A stretch of 55,431 nt of DNA, filler included, from Squatina squatina (GCA_031763465.1; 3 parts of 3 records of this genome joined end to end with filler, not necessarily neighbours in it); one strand, 5' to 3'; shown: positions 1 through 13,822, numbered from the whole stretch's first letter. Notes: generated from the letters alone by a model not told the origin. Made by a program: numbers and translations.

Positions 1-482
1 GACTCCACAACCAGTTCCCTTATCTAAGTACAAGTCATCTCTTGACTTTGGTGGTATCCTAGTTTTGAAGCATTCTCTGTCTTTTAGTTTACAAACTTTT
101 TTTATTCACATGCAAAAGCAAGACTCAAACTGTGCCCCCACCTCCCCTTCTCCTCATTTGCACTCTGGCTAAAATGCTGGATCAATACTGTGACTATTTT
201 GGGATTTAAACCATTTTCATAAAATATTCTAACAGCATTTACAGAGGGCCAACAGCAAGGGAAGGAAAAGGGCAGATATATATTTAAAAAAAAAATGTTT
301 TCTCTTTATGAAATTTTTCAGAAATAACCAGCAGTTCAGGAAAATCTTACCCAGTGGGAAATTTGCACAGTAGCACTCATCAGTTGAACTAAATTGAGTT
401 GATTGCAGGAATAATTTAAACTGATATGTTTGTTTGCATCAGGAAAGTGCCTAACTTTTTTTTGAATAATTATTATTGATTT

Positions 483-544
483 AATTGTGAATAAACCAAG
501 TTGCTTCAATCTATTTTCATAGCTCAAAGACCTGGAATTGTCAT
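483..544 (-). mobile_element. Old CR1 LINE ORF2 C-terminal remnant
   Basis: Minus-strand translation LSYENRLKQLGLFT resembles the CR1 ORF2 motif LSYEERLxxLGLFSL; short and degenerate. Confidence 0.4.
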
Positions 545-2604
545 GGATGCAGTTTACGCTTTTCCTTGGTACAAATGTGGTCCATAAAGTATTGTACAAA
601 TTTAGCATTATCTAATTTCACTTGCAGTCATGATTCCTTAATAGACAGCTCAAAATTATATTAATGTTTGCACTGTAACAGTGCACTACTAAGGTGCTTT
701 GCATACCTGGGAAATAAATGACCCCCAACCATTTTGTTTTCCATTTTTCAGAAATGATTCTCTCCCTTTTTCCTCCTCCCTTCCATTGGATACTGAACTC
801 ATAAGTTTGGTTTGGTGACTTAGTTATAGTAAAACCTCAGGATCTGCATCTATTCCCTCATTTCAGGAGAAATATAAATGGTGTTTTTTTTTAGAGGTAG
901 TAATGACACAATTAAAATTACAGTTGAGTAGTTCATAAATCCATTAGCATCTGACTAAATTAACCAGTTTCATGTGGTAAATCATTTAATCTTGGGGAGT
1001 AACTAATGAGGCGCAACGATGAAGCAATTAAGACTTCAATCAGTAAAACACAGATAAAAGGATTTTGTTTTATTTTTAAGTGTAGCATCAGCCTAGCAGG
1101 ATGCTTAATACCCATTTCATATAGTGAATAAATTCAAGACCAATGGATAAACATTGAACCTTCCAAGGCTTGGTTCACAAAGACAGATCTGTCAACTGAG
1201 CAATAATGAGCGAGAANNNNNNNNNNNNNNNNNNNNNNNNNNNNNNNNNNNNNNNNNNNNNNNNNNNNNNNNNNNNNNNNNNNNNNNNNNNNNNNNNNNN
1301 NNNNNNNNNNNNNNNNGGGCACTTACTGTCTTCCTGTGAAAACGGGTACATTCATGCAGTGATTTTCCTTTCTCTGTCTAGCCTCTTGCATTTCTTGAAC
1401 TCGGCCTAAACAGTTCATTTTTAAGACAAAGGTTTTCTGATCAATCTTAAGTCCACAGTGCAAAAAAAACGGTAGGTGGTGGAATGAATCTTAAATTCAT
1501 GCAATAGAATAATGCTTCCCTAGGTACAGTTAACTCTTCCGATTCCATTTGTAAATCTTTTTATTTGTACACAGTGATTTTGCGAGTGATTTAAAATTCC
1601 AGTAATTCAAATAAATAAGGCTTTGTGCTGTTTTAATAGTTGTGATAAATACTTTTTAGTGAAACTCAACAGCTATAATTTAAACCATTCTTGGGTGTAT
1701 TCAGGAAATTATTGTTTACGCTATAATCGCATATCCATTTTCGTTGCATTCATGCGTTAAAATTCAGAGTGCAACATAAACGTACAGCTGCTATAATAAA
1801 TAATGGAAGTCTGGCATCGTTTCTAAACAGTTCAAATTTCATCCTCTTATTTGAAAAAGCAAGTGATGTTTGATTCTTTTAAATCCAAACTGCTAAATTA
1901 CAATAAATGCATACACTTGATAGCAAACACCTGGTTCAAAAAAACACATATCAAATAGTCACAAAGAAATGATTAATGGATTAGGTAAGAAAAGGATTAG
2001 CCATTGAATGGCATGATGTACACTGCCACCCTGAGAAGTTTAAAATCCCTATAATTTTGAATGTGCACTGTACACTTAATCCCTCTTTGATAGTGAACTG
2101 CTGGTTGAACTAAGATGAAAATTAGGAACAAAGAATCCTAGTTATGTATTAAGCAATTGACATTTGAGGTCATGTCATAAGAAATGCATTGCATTTATAT
2201 AGTTAAGTGAAACTATTGCTGGAATTCAATGATTTATTTAATTAAAATCAAACATTGAACTGCATAAACAGTAATTCTTTTAGATGTGTGTCTTGCTCAA
2301 CTCAAGCTGCTTGTTCAAAGCTCTACTTTTAAAGGAAATATTATGAGTTTAAAAAGATGCTTTTTGGAAACTAGAGTGGTAACAGCTTCAATCGTCAGTT
2401 GTATTAAATAATATAAGACTGCTGTGTTCTGATTACTGCATTCCTAGTGAAGTTATTTTTTTGCTTGATTTCAAGAACCAATCATCATTTAGTTTAACTT
2501 TATTCATGTATATTGTCACGTAGATCACCATATACTTATGGATTTGAATGGTTTTCTCAACTTGGAAAATGAATGTTGACAAAACACAGCACAGACACAG
2601 TTAC

Positions 2605-2708
2605 CTGTATTTTCCTTTCTGGGCCACGGACCAGGTGAGAGCTGTGTTGTCTGGAAGGTTTTAGGAAGGTTTGATGCTGCTGGAACTTCTGGCATCAGTG
2701 AACTTGCA
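2605..2708 (-). CDS. Candidate 104-bp internal exon, unknown product
   Basis: Minus strand: ttctatattcatAG acceptor and CAG|GTAACT donor. Only one frame is open (ASSLMPEVPAASNLPKTFQTTQLSPGPWPRKENT). No homology recognised. Confidence 0.27.
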
Positions 2709-2715
2709 CTATGAA

Positions 2716-2845
2716 TATAGAAACATAGAAACAGGAGTAGGCCATTTGAGCCTGCTCCGCCATTCAATATGATCATGGCTGATCCTCTATCTCAACTCAA
2801 TATTCCCACTTTCTCCCCATACCCCTTGATGCCTTTAACATCTAG
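2716..2845 (-). mobile_element. CR1-type (HER1-like) LINE 3' tail
   Basis: Reverse complement of gatcagccatgatcatattgaatggcggagcaggctc...tggcctactcctg...tttctatgtttctat; near-identical tails at 18340-18495 and 22332-22409. Confidence 0.85.
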
Positions 2846-2849
2846 AAAG

Positions 2850-3226
2850 GAGTGGCGGCCGATCTCCCCCGCGGACCTCCTCCCCTCCTTGGTGGCATGC
2901 TCGCTGGCATGCCGGCACCTTGAAAACAAGATTGAACTTACCTTGAGGCTCAGTGGGCCATGGATCCTCTTCGGTCATGCAAGCCTGCGGCCCTTGNNNN
3001 NNNNNNNNNNNNNNNNNNNNNNNNNNNNNNNNNNNNNNNNNNNNNNNNNNNNNNNNNNNNNNNNNNNNNNNNNNNNNNNNNNNNNNNNNNNNNNNNTGCT
3101 CTGTAGTGGGTGCTGCGCTTTTCGATAGTTGGCTGACAGGAACTTCCAGTGCAAAAGCCCAGAGAAAATCTAGGAGCAAGTGCAAGTGTTTGCTCACTGC
3201 TCATTGCTCATCGCAAAATCCGACCC
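2850..3226. mobile_element. GC-rich non-autonomous DNA-transposon-like sequence (gap inside)
   Basis: Abrupt GC/CpG-rich island in AT-rich DNA, ending in aaaatccgaccc, similar to the GGG(N)4-AAATT termini seen elsewhere in the window. Confidence 0.3.
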
Positions 3227-4989
3227 AATATCTTGAAGCTAAAATTTGAGCAACTCCCTTTCTATCTTGTTTCTGGAATAACTAGTTTTGCTGCAAAATA
3301 AGCGAAAGTTGGAAAGACGGACGTCATTAGAATTATTTGAAGGAAGTCAAACATCAAATACCATTGAAAGAATTTGGAAGACCAGATGATCTTTGCACTT
3401 TTTTGCTATTGTTTGTCTCATAACCATGGGAATGTGAATATTCAGTTGTGGCAAGCTGCAGTGCCTATACGAATGTGAATCAGCAGGCTGCACAGGGTAC
3501 TGTGCATTCTACACAGTGTTGTGAGCAGCCCTTTCCATGGTAAAGGCTGCTCTGTAAATGTTGATTTACATGTTTTTCCATGGGAATTTTTGTGCTCTGG
3601 CTAACCTTAAGGTTGTGTGAAAATGAACGGCGTTGACTGATGGTTCTATAAAGGAATAAATGGTTACTATAACATTATCTGTGAACTTAACAAGGTTTTG
3701 CTAAGTTCAAAGGCCATCTAGGTAGTAACATTGATTTACGTCTTTGACAGTTTGTATTGCCCTTCCAACATTTGTGTATTCTACATTGGACGATGTCTAT
3801 GTACATTTAACGTTTGTTANNNNNNNNNNNNNNNNNNNNNNNNNNNNNNNNNNNNNNNNNNNNNNNNNNNNNNNNNNNNNNNNNNNNNNNNNNNNNNNNC
3901 ACTATTGCGACTGAATGTATCAATTAATTATGGCGCATAGTGCAAAACTGAAGAATAGTAACTGACTGTTGGTTTAAATGGAAACCGTTGTCTACAGTTT
4001 GAGGAAAGGCTGTGCTTCTGAAAGGAGAGGCTATAAACTAATCAGCCCCTTCATGGTTAAAGAACACAATATGCACGCAGCTTCACGGATCACTGTAGCT
4101 GTACAGTCTTCAAATCACAGACTTGTTCTTAAATATATAGGTGAGAAATGCCAAATACAACCGCAGAAAATATTAACCTCCAGAAAATCTAATTTTAGGA
4201 TTCCATTTTAGAAAATGGAGTGACATCTATTTAAATGATAAATTGCCAAACATTTATCTGTGAAGGCATTGCTGAACTGCTCTTAGCAATGTTACTCAAA
4301 GATAGATGTCCCTAGAGGCTGAAGATAAGCTGCAATAATTTTTATTCATTCATTTGTATATTTATATTGACCATTATTTATTACCTAAATTATAAGACTC
4401 CCATGTGACTGTAGTAAAGTTTTATAGAAGCATTCATATGAATGTGACTTGCATGCAACATTCTTGTTCATAAAGATTACAGATCTACTATTCATATATT
4501 CTGCTCAAAATTCTGTCTACAAGCAAGCCAGCACCTATGATGCCCGCTAAACATCTTGCTGTTGGAGATGTGTTCATTTTTGTTTGAGGAATGGGGGTGG
4601 GGAAAAAGAGAAAGGACCTCTACAAAAGAAGGCACCTAAACTAAATAGGAACAGAGACTCATTGAGAAGCAATAGCAAATCATGTAAATTAGATAGGTTT
4701 GGGAGGGTGGGAGATAAAGAAAGGGAATAGTATTCCAGATACGATGAATCGAGGATAGAAGGCAGAAAATAGGTGGGTTTAGACATGTATACCCTTAGAG
4801 AAGAACTTAGAGACCAGGAAAAATAGGTAGAGGCAGCCCACTGACTGTGGGAAGCCCAATGATGTGCTGTACCCTGACTCTCACGTGGGGATTCATGGTA
4901 AATGTTGGGAATTAAACATAAGAAATATCCCAGCTGCTTCATCAAGGTCGTCCAGTTCAGTTATGTTGCTTGAAACTCTAGTCTATAAA

Positions 4990-5190
4990 ACGGAGAAATT
5001 CTGGTCATTTGCGCCTCCCGCAAAAAATTCGGCGGTGGTGGTAACACTTAGCGCCCCTATGCTGCGATGCTGACATCACCGTGTGCAATGCCCCGGACCC
5101 TAAATTGGGTATCGCCCACTGAAGGTATGCCGGGCGACGACAGATAGTTTCAGGGGACGTGTGCCAGGCCACTAGCTGGGAGGAGTGCTG
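4990..5190. mobile_element. GC-rich MITE-like end (Harbinger-like), truncated by 810-N gap
   Basis: Starts with ggagaaattc, is CpG-rich, and contains ttagcgcccct as in the 20419-20977 element. Confidence 0.4.
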
Positions 5191-6457
5191 NNNNNNNNNN
5201 NNNNNNNNNNNNNNNNNNNNNNNNNNNNNNNNNNNNNNNNNNNNNNNNNNNNNNNNNNNNNNNNNNNNNNNNNNNNNNNNNNNNNNNNNNNNNNNNNNNN
5301 NNNNNNNNNNNNNNNNNNNNNNNNNNNNNNNNNNNNNNNNNNNNNNNNNNNNNNNNNNNNNNNNNNNNNNNNNNNNNNNNNNNNNNNNNNNNNNNNNNNN
5401 NNNNNNNNNNNNNNNNNNNNNNNNNNNNNNNNNNNNNNNNNNNNNNNNNNNNNNNNNNNNNNNNNNNNNNNNNNNNNNNNNNNNNNNNNNNNNNNNNNNN
5501 NNNNNNNNNNNNNNNNNNNNNNNNNNNNNNNNNNNNNNNNNNNNNNNNNNNNNNNNNNNNNNNNNNNNNNNNNNNNNNNNNNNNNNNNNNNNNNNNNNNN
5601 NNNNNNNNNNNNNNNNNNNNNNNNNNNNNNNNNNNNNNNNNNNNNNNNNNNNNNNNNNNNNNNNNNNNNNNNNNNNNNNNNNNNNNNNNNNNNNNNNNNN
5701 NNNNNNNNNNNNNNNNNNNNNNNNNNNNNNNNNNNNNNNNNNNNNNNNNNNNNNNNNNNNNNNNNNNNNNNNNNNNNNNNNNNNNNNNNNNNNNNNNNNN
5801 NNNNNNNNNNNNNNNNNNNNNNNNNNNNNNNNNNNNNNNNNNNNNNNNNNNNNNNNNNNNNNNNNNNNNNNNNNNNNNNNNNNNNNNNNNNNNNNNNNNN
5901 NNNNNNNNNNNNNNNNNNNNNNNNNNNNNNNNNNNNNNNNNNNNNNNNNNNNNNNNNNNNNNNNNNNNNNNNNNNNNNNNNNNNNNNNNNNNNNNNNNNN
6001 CGTTGTGTTTGTAAGACGTAAGACGAAGCAAACGAGGTTATTTCAGCGAGAAGTAGTTTTGCACAGTACCAGAAGCTATTTGCATTTGAATACAGCGTTT
6101 AGACTGTTTTGTTAAATGTGCTCCAGTAACTTTGAGCTGTGAAATGGATTATGGGTGCAGCAGACTACATATGAAACAATCTCACTGATGAATTCAAGCT
6201 TCTCGTAAGGACACTGTAAATGACGCTGAAAGCTTCTGGTTACCCATGCACAATTTGAGAAAAGTTAAGTTGTCTTTTTGTCCTTTCAATTGCTGTATTC
6301 AGTTGTAAATGGCTTTGGGTTCCTGATCTATTGCCTTGTAAAATCATTTTCCCACCACATAACTGAAGGCGCTTTTATGCTAAATCTAGGATTCGGAAGA
6401 GGAATGCCAAACTGGCCTCAGTGCTACTCACTCACATTTATATCATCCTGTGGCTCT

Positions 6458-6543
6458 GCTCTCCTGTAGTTGTTTTGCGCCCTTTTTAAACTCACCGGCC
6501 GCCCCTCTGCCTCCCAGCAGCTCCGCTCCGCTCTCCTGTAGTT
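6458..6543. repeat. 14-bp direct repeat pair gctctcctgtagtt (possible LINE 5' UTR end)
   Basis: Identical 14-mers at 6458-6471 and 6530-6543, running into a gap. Confidence 0.5.
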
Positions 6544-9500
6544 TTNNNNNNNNNNNNNNNNNNNNNNNNNNNNNNNNNNNNNNNNNNNNNNNNNNNNNNN
6601 NNNNNNNNNNNNNNNNNNNNNNNNNNNNNNNNNNNNNNNNNNNNNTTCCCCAGCTGTAATTCCTTAAGTTAAGTTTCTTAAATTGCATGTCTGCCTCCAT
6701 TGCTGTGGAACAAATATCTAATTTCAAAGCTATATTACTTGTTAACTCTTTTGTTCAATGCGAGATTAAAACCAGTTAAAATATCAAAGCTGCCCTTCTT
6801 TTACTGTCAGATATACTGCAGTGATTTTTGATCAGTAATCTTTCTCTCCCTCGAATGTATGAGATCAAGAATAAACGACATGAAATGCCACATCTGATCA
6901 GCATTTTATTAGTGACATACTGTAACATGAACAGGTATAGTGTCTTCCTTTGTATTTCTGGAGAATCAAATTATGTTATGCAAACACGCTGACATCAGAG
7001 TGTGCTCAAAGATTTTGCTGTAGTTTTGTACTTGTGTCCAGTGTGTTGTTGGTTCTCGGTCATCATACTTTCATTCTTCACCAGGAGTAATGGCATATTC
7101 CGCTGTGCATTAAAATTACTTTGATGTGATAATAGCCATTTTGTAAGAACAAAGATAAGGGGTTGAAAAAGGCATTTAAACTGCAGGTTTTGCATAAAAT
7201 AATAATGTATAATAGGACGATTGATGTGATCTACTCAGAGGTCACTTGGCCANNNNNNNNNNNNNNNNNNNNNNNNNNNNNNNNNNNNNNNNNNNNNNNN
7301 NNNNNNNNNNNNNNNNNNNNNNNNNNNNNNNNNNNNNNNNNNNNNNNNNNNNGAGTAAAGAATTTCCCCCCTTCCCCCCCCCCCCCCCTCCACTCTATTC
7401 AATTTATAAACAAGACATTGTTACAAGGGCTTTCTGATTTTATTTGTGCTATTGGTTGGTGATGCTTGCTAGAGACTTGGGCTGTTCTCATAGGGAGGGA
7501 GGGAAAATCAGGGAGTGAGTTGCCCACAGCTACTCAAGCACAGTTTGAGCAACATTGGTGGAGTCTTGGGAGCAGGATGCTTGCCACATCTCGATGAATG
7601 GTGTGTTGTACATGGAGGAAGAGAATCTAGTTTACAGAGAGGCAAACTAGAAATCATGACATTTTGCTTATTCAGACCAGTTTCTTTCCAGTTTGATCAA
7701 TTAGTTTGCAAAATTGCATCAAAGTCCCTGGACTATAACAAGCACAATAATAATCTAAACCTTCATCTATCATAACAAGCTCCCCAGTGAAATGCTCTCC
7801 ATTAATAATAAAATAAAATGGGACCAATATTCCTGCTGTGACATCTGTCAACGTTTTTTGTAACATTAGAAATTGAATTCTGGCGCATGTAGTGATTTTA
7901 CACATTCCTTGTGAAGTTGGTCCAGAGTCGGCTCTGGCAGCATGTACCCCAGCAGGATTAGTGCAGGTACAGTAAACCATTGGCTAGGTTATTCTCTTTT
8001 ACACCAAAACAGAAACAAAAATCGGCCTGCCAGCATACATAACATTAGCAACAGATTAATAAAAACAAGTTGGTGGAAAGTATTGTTAAGCTATTCAATT
8101 AGCTTGTACCACTAGAGGCTGACTTCATGCCTCTTTTGAATTGCATTGCTGCGAAAAAATAGAGTTTAGATTTATACTGGCCTGATTGTAGTGCTCAATC
8201 AAGGCAATGCTGGCCATCAATCTTTGATTAGTATGAAATTTTAATGTTAACAAAGAGCTGATGGGATTGTCATCTCTTCTCTAATATTAGGAACTTTATT
8301 TGGAGACCCTATTAGGTGTGCTTCTCTTACGGCGCAGTCTAGTGCTATGCCTAATTGCTCCCTGAGTGGGACAAACAACAGAAGTACCGGAAGGCTGTGT
8401 TTGGTATTATGGCCCTCAAGGATGGTTGTAGCATTAAACCTCTGGGTGCAAGGTAATGAGAGGGCCTTGTAACAGCTGGAGCTATGTTTGACAACACAGT
8501 GGCTGCCAGCGCTGCCCGCACTGTGGGGAGATGTGTTGAAATCCTGAAAGGAAGGAAGCAACCCCACCTGCCCATTCTACCATGCTTCAGGGGCTGGTCC
8601 CCAGCTGGATGACCAGTGATCTGCAGGAGAGCAAATTATCTACTGTCTCTGATATATCTACAGCCTGTCAACATAGCTGATCCCAGGTGACCCCCCCGCC
8701 CCCCAGCCTATCAAATCCAGTGACAGGCTCTTNNNNNNNNNNNNNNNNNNNNNNNNNNNNNNNNNNNNNNNNNNNNNNNNNNNNNNNNNNNNNNNNNNNN
8801 NNNNNNNNNNNNNNNNNNNNNNNNNNNNNNNNCCTCACTCAAAGGACGTGTGTACAATGAAGCAGCAGCAAACAACTGCACACTGTTCAATTCAAGTGAG
8901 CGACTTGGTTTTTATAAGTAGCAAATTGGTGAAATATGTAATGTTGTGGAAGGAGGCAAAATGGGGAACAAATAAAAACAACTTTTCACCTGAATTGGAC
9001 CAAATGCTATTCATATCAACTCGGGTTCTAGAATGTTCTGACCCATTATTTTCACATAATTTAACAACTCACCTTTCCTTGATTATACAGTTTCAGATGC
9101 ACATTATATAATATTTATATAAATGCAACTTTTTTTTAATGAAGTCTCGCTCAAAACAACACATTTTATCAGAATTTGAAAACACAATCAAAATGCAATT
9201 GCAAGTCCGATCAGTATATAAAATGATTAAAGTGTATGATTTTGCAGTGAATGCAATAATTATCTACATTTTTACTAATTCGCTATACTATTTGCTTAGC
9301 TGAAACCCAGTTGACCATAGGTGAGAATGACCAATCAGAAAGAACTAGTGTGCAGGATGACAGTGGGTAATCAATTAGCTGCAAATGTCATGGTGAGAAC
9401 AACTTTCTTGTCAACACAATTATACATTCTTCCACCCCATGAACTAAGAACCATTAATTATTTAAATTAGTCCTAATTTGAAGCAGTTAACATTTAAAAT

Positions 9501-10527
9501 GCAAAGCTTTATTGCAGGCTTTGAAAATTTATAATCGAGAAAAGGTATAAACCATTTGGTTTGGAAAGATCTTTTACATCTTACACTTTCCAGATATANN
9601 NNNNNNNNNNNNNNNNNNNNNNNTTTATAGGGTAATTCATCTTTTTACGAGAGAGGATACCAAATGAAGCAGATTGTCGCTATTTACTGTGATTTAGGAA
9701 AATGCATTTAATGAATGATTTAAATTTTCATGTTGTTCAAGGGGCTGTGTGAATTTTCTCATTTTTGAAACGTTTGTAAGGAAACCCAATCCAGCTGGTT
9801 TAATCTCCCTCATCCCTTTGGGTCAGCTGAAGTGGCAGACGTGACAGTGGACCCATCACATCTGCTATCGTACTGCATGCTGCGTGATGTAATTTAGATA
9901 GTTATATTTTATAGACATCTTAAATTAGCTCAATGATGCAAAATAAAATTACTAATTTCAATATTTACTTAAATGGATAACTCAGTGTGACAGCTGGGAA
10001 ATGGCAGACATACAGCAGTGAACAGTGCATTCAATTTATTGTGCAAAGGAGGGAATGTGAATTTACAGATGATTTCAGTCACCGAAGCCTACCATATGAG
10101 TGAGATAAAGAAGTCAGTCTAGTGATCCCCACTGTGTATTTTACTTGCACAGCATGTACGAGCATAAATTTGTTCAATATAAAATTATACACATTTTTTA
10201 AAAATGGAAATTACTACAGACATAGGATGCACCATAATATTCTCCATTTTGTCCCATGCATTGCTTTTCATCAGGAGCAACGGTTTCAGATTTTTACCAC
10301 AAACAAAGTAATAAATTCATTGTATGGTTTTAATTCCAAGTGTTGGTTCTCTTATGGAGGGGTGGGGGTGGGGGGGGGGGGAGTCACTGAGGTACAATGA
10401 ATACTTCTCATAGCATCATACCAAGACCAAACATTGGACTGTGCTGCCAAATTCAGTGAACCATTTTATGGAAATAAATGGCCCATGCAGGCAGCCCCAA
10501 ACATAGTATTTAATTCTAACAGATTGA

Positions 10528-10654
10528 GGGGCCGAAATTCATCTCCTGTTACACCCCATTAGTGTCTCTGAGGGGCGCTAATTGGGCGCAACAGGAAATA
10601 ATGGCACCGGGAGGCAGCCATCTCACCTCTTGGGAAATTCAGCGTGTGCCTGGC
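10528..10654 (+). mobile_element. PIF/Harbinger-like MITE terminus, family A
   Basis: ggggccgaaattcatct...gaggggcgctaat...aacaggaaataatggcaccgggaggc aligns over about 110 bp with the reverse complement of 20860-20977. Confidence 0.7.
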
Positions 10655-13048
10655 NNNNNNNNNNNNNNNNNNNNNNNNNNNNNNNNNNNNNNNNNNNNNN
10701 NNNNNNNNNNNNNNNNNNNNNNNNNNNNNNNNNNNNNNNNNNNNNNNNNNNNNNCCCCAAATAAATGGCAGTATCGACAAAAATTATATAAAAACCTAGG
10801 GATGAGAGTTTAAGAGAATACCAGAAGAACAGTAAGTCTTTCAGATAAAGATGGCAGTTTCGTAATTTTTTCTCATCAGATAGGATATATTATTTACATA
10901 AATTCATCATTTTTGAATTGCAAGAGCTTTTAATAATTTATTTTAAAAGTGTGTACAGGATTTATACATAAAGGTAATACTTGAAAGCCCATCTTTTGAG
11001 TAATTCATGGTGTCCACCAACCCATTTAACTGGCAGGATTTCGGAACAAAGATAGGCACTGTTTTTGGAAAATTAAATACTGAAGGCTAAAAATGACTGT
11101 TACTGATATTAGCAGACAAATGCTTAATGCATTCATGTGGCAGTCTTCTGCTTGCTATCTTAGCAGAGGTGTTAACCAATTTAAAATACTATCAGCAACA
11201 GTAGATTCTGGCCTTAAGATATGAGTGCACAGTATACAGCATCTGCTATTTGCTTCCATGTCAGTGTCGTTTGAAAGTTAAAATAAAAATGAGTACGCAT
11301 AAGAAAACAAGCCCGAGGTGCTCCAGACCTTATCATGGTGTGCATAGGGAGGTGCAACCAAGTTGAACACAATTTCTAGGTTATCACTTGAGTTGCGCTT
11401 GCACACACACTTCATTTCTCCCAGGATGTCGAAAGCTCTTTGTTTTACTTGAGGTAAAAAGCTAGAAATGTTTGAAACCTTTCGCTTTCTTTATAGGCAA
11501 AGTTTATTTTCACCATGTTACTTATATAACAGTAGTTGCACGAGGTACAGGCGAGGGGAATTAATGTTGATACCTTAGGCAATGCTTTCTTGACTCTTGG
11601 CCCACAATCCTCTGTCAAAGCCACAATATATTAAATTACCTACAATATTCCTTTTGTTAGCATTCGATGAGGCAGTTTTGTACTTTATGTATCACAAGAA
11701 ATAGACCTTGAAGAATTATTTATTCTAAGTTGCTGGTATGGAACCATCGCTTGTTAGAGACCTTTGACCTTGCTTGTGCTCTTTGAATTCATATGCAGCC
11801 TGCTGTCAAGTTACTGCTTATTTGCCCCGTGCATTGCAAGGAATGTGGACTAAAGTGAATTATGATAGTCAAGTAATGACTACGGGCCTGATTTGTAAGC
11901 TTTTTTTTTGGCAGGTTTGACATTTATGGATTATGACTACTCATTTATATCACACTGAAGTGTAAATGAGCTGCTTTTTCAAGCATCATTATTTTTAATG
12001 CTGTGCTGATGAAGTCTGACTTGCCCTTGTAGAAAGTAACAAGAGTGATGATACAAAGTGGACAAAGAGTTACTGATTAGTTTTNNNNNNNNNNNNNNNN
12101 NNNNNNNNNNNNNNNNNNNNNNNNNNNNNNNNNNNNNNNNNNNNNNNNNNNNNNNNNNNNNNNNNNNNNNNNNNNNNNNNNNNNGCTAAAACCATTTTGA
12201 TTACAACAAATATGTTGCTGCTGTTGTCTGTAAGAACATTGTTTATTTATCTTCTCACCATGTAACTGCAAAAATTTCTAACCATCTATCTGGCAAGGAA
12301 CTTTAATACCTTTCATTTTAGACAAATTATTAATAAAAGTGTTTTGAATCTTTTTAAAAAATTATATGTTAACCAGTCACGTGAATAAACATAGTTATTG
12401 TTTTAATATCAAAATCTGTTTTGAGTAGGTTTATCTTATTCTAAGCCTCATTGATGATTTATGTTACAAGCTTTTTATCACCATTCATACCATATTGTCA
12501 AAATTCCTCTATTAAATCATGTCATAGAATACTTCCTAAATCAACATCTTAGATGTGTTTTCAATCTGCCACCATCCAAGTATATAATTTATTTGCCCCA
12601 GAAGCTTGTAAACATATTTTTTTCCTAAAGATTATTCCTGTTATTTATATTTTTTCATGCTAGGTTTTGATGATTCTTGTTAGGCCTTTAATTACATATG
12701 AATTTCAGAAGGATGTTACTTTGGGAAAAACAAAGTGATAATTAGCTGAAATGTATGTCGTCATGACATGCAGGCTAGAGAGGTTGCTGTAAACTGCAGG
12801 CCTATTTCTGGGATTATTGTGATACTTGCTTGGTTCAACTGACAGTGTTGCTTATCTGCTTGTAGTCAGCTACTCAAATCTTCTCGTACTAGTGTGCTTT
12901 TGTACTGATTCTGAATTGAGCAGTTATGTGGGCTATAGTCCCAAAATATCGAAATCTAGCTGACAAAACATCGGTTTTATTCACTTCTAAAAGATTAACT
13001 CACACATACAGCTTAAACTGAAATGGACTTTTACTCTTTTTAAATATG

Positions 13049-13233
13049 TTTATTCTCGGGATATGGGCATTGCCAGCATTTATTGCCCATCGCTATTTGC
13101 CCTTGAGACGGTGGTGGTGAGCCTTCATCTTGAACTGTTGCAGTCTGTGTGGCGTAGGTACTCCCACAGTGCTGTTAAGAAAGAGTTGCAGGATTTTGAC
13201 CCAGCGACAATGAAGGTACGCCGATAGATGTCC
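13049..13233 (-). mobile_element. LINE 3' end (CR1/L2-like group; ...NSTVGVPTPHRLQQFKMKAHHHRLKG*)
   Basis: ORF2 C-terminus plus tail gatgggcaataaatgctgg; homologous copies at 39586-39660 and 55136-55431. Confidence 0.75.
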
Positions 13234-13724
13234 NNNNNNNNNNNNNNNNNNNNNNNNNNNNNNNNNNNNNNNNNNNNNNNNNNNNNNNNNNNNNNNNNNN
13301 NNNNNNNNNNNNNNNNNNNNNNNNNNNNNNNNNCAGTAAATCACTGTTATAGAATACCCCACTAGCATAAGCAATCTCACAAATGAAATTAGTAATAATA
13401 CTTGCGGGAAAAAAGCAATTTTACAGGATTGTCAACATTTCAGAATGACACTTTATGTATTGAAAGTGGATGACCCGATGCAATTTACTTGTGCACATTC
13501 CAAATACGTCTTTTGTTGTAATTCATCAGCGTGTACTTCAGTAATTTGCCCTTTGATCCATATGATTTAAGGGCATTTTCCAGATTAAATTAGGCACATT
13601 GAACTCTTGAGAGCAGCTCATATTTGCCAAATAACCTTAAAGAAGCTAAACTATTGATGGATGAATAATTAGTTCCAGTAATGGATTAGAACAATTAAAG
13701 AAGAGGATTTAGCAGGGGAGACCC

Positions 13725-13822
13725 CTATGCTTCACCTCTGCGAGCTGGGTTTAAATCCAGTCCAGTGACTGTGTGGATAGCTGTGATGTCCTAAATGAAA
13801 TCAGCTTGGACAGTCTCATGCC
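13725..13822 (+). mobile_element. Degenerate LF-SINE-like fragment
   Basis: cttcacctct...ggtttaaatccagtccag (B-box-like) followed by cctaaatgaaatcagcttggacagtctca, resembling the recalled LF-SINE consensus (ctttcacctct...ggttcaaatccagcccag...cctatgtgaaatgagttggtggtctcag). Confidence 0.45.

Noticed and set aside
5150-6115. Long ORFs of 278-318 aa in the track (similarly 50742-51482)
   Set aside because: They consist mostly of N-gap translation.
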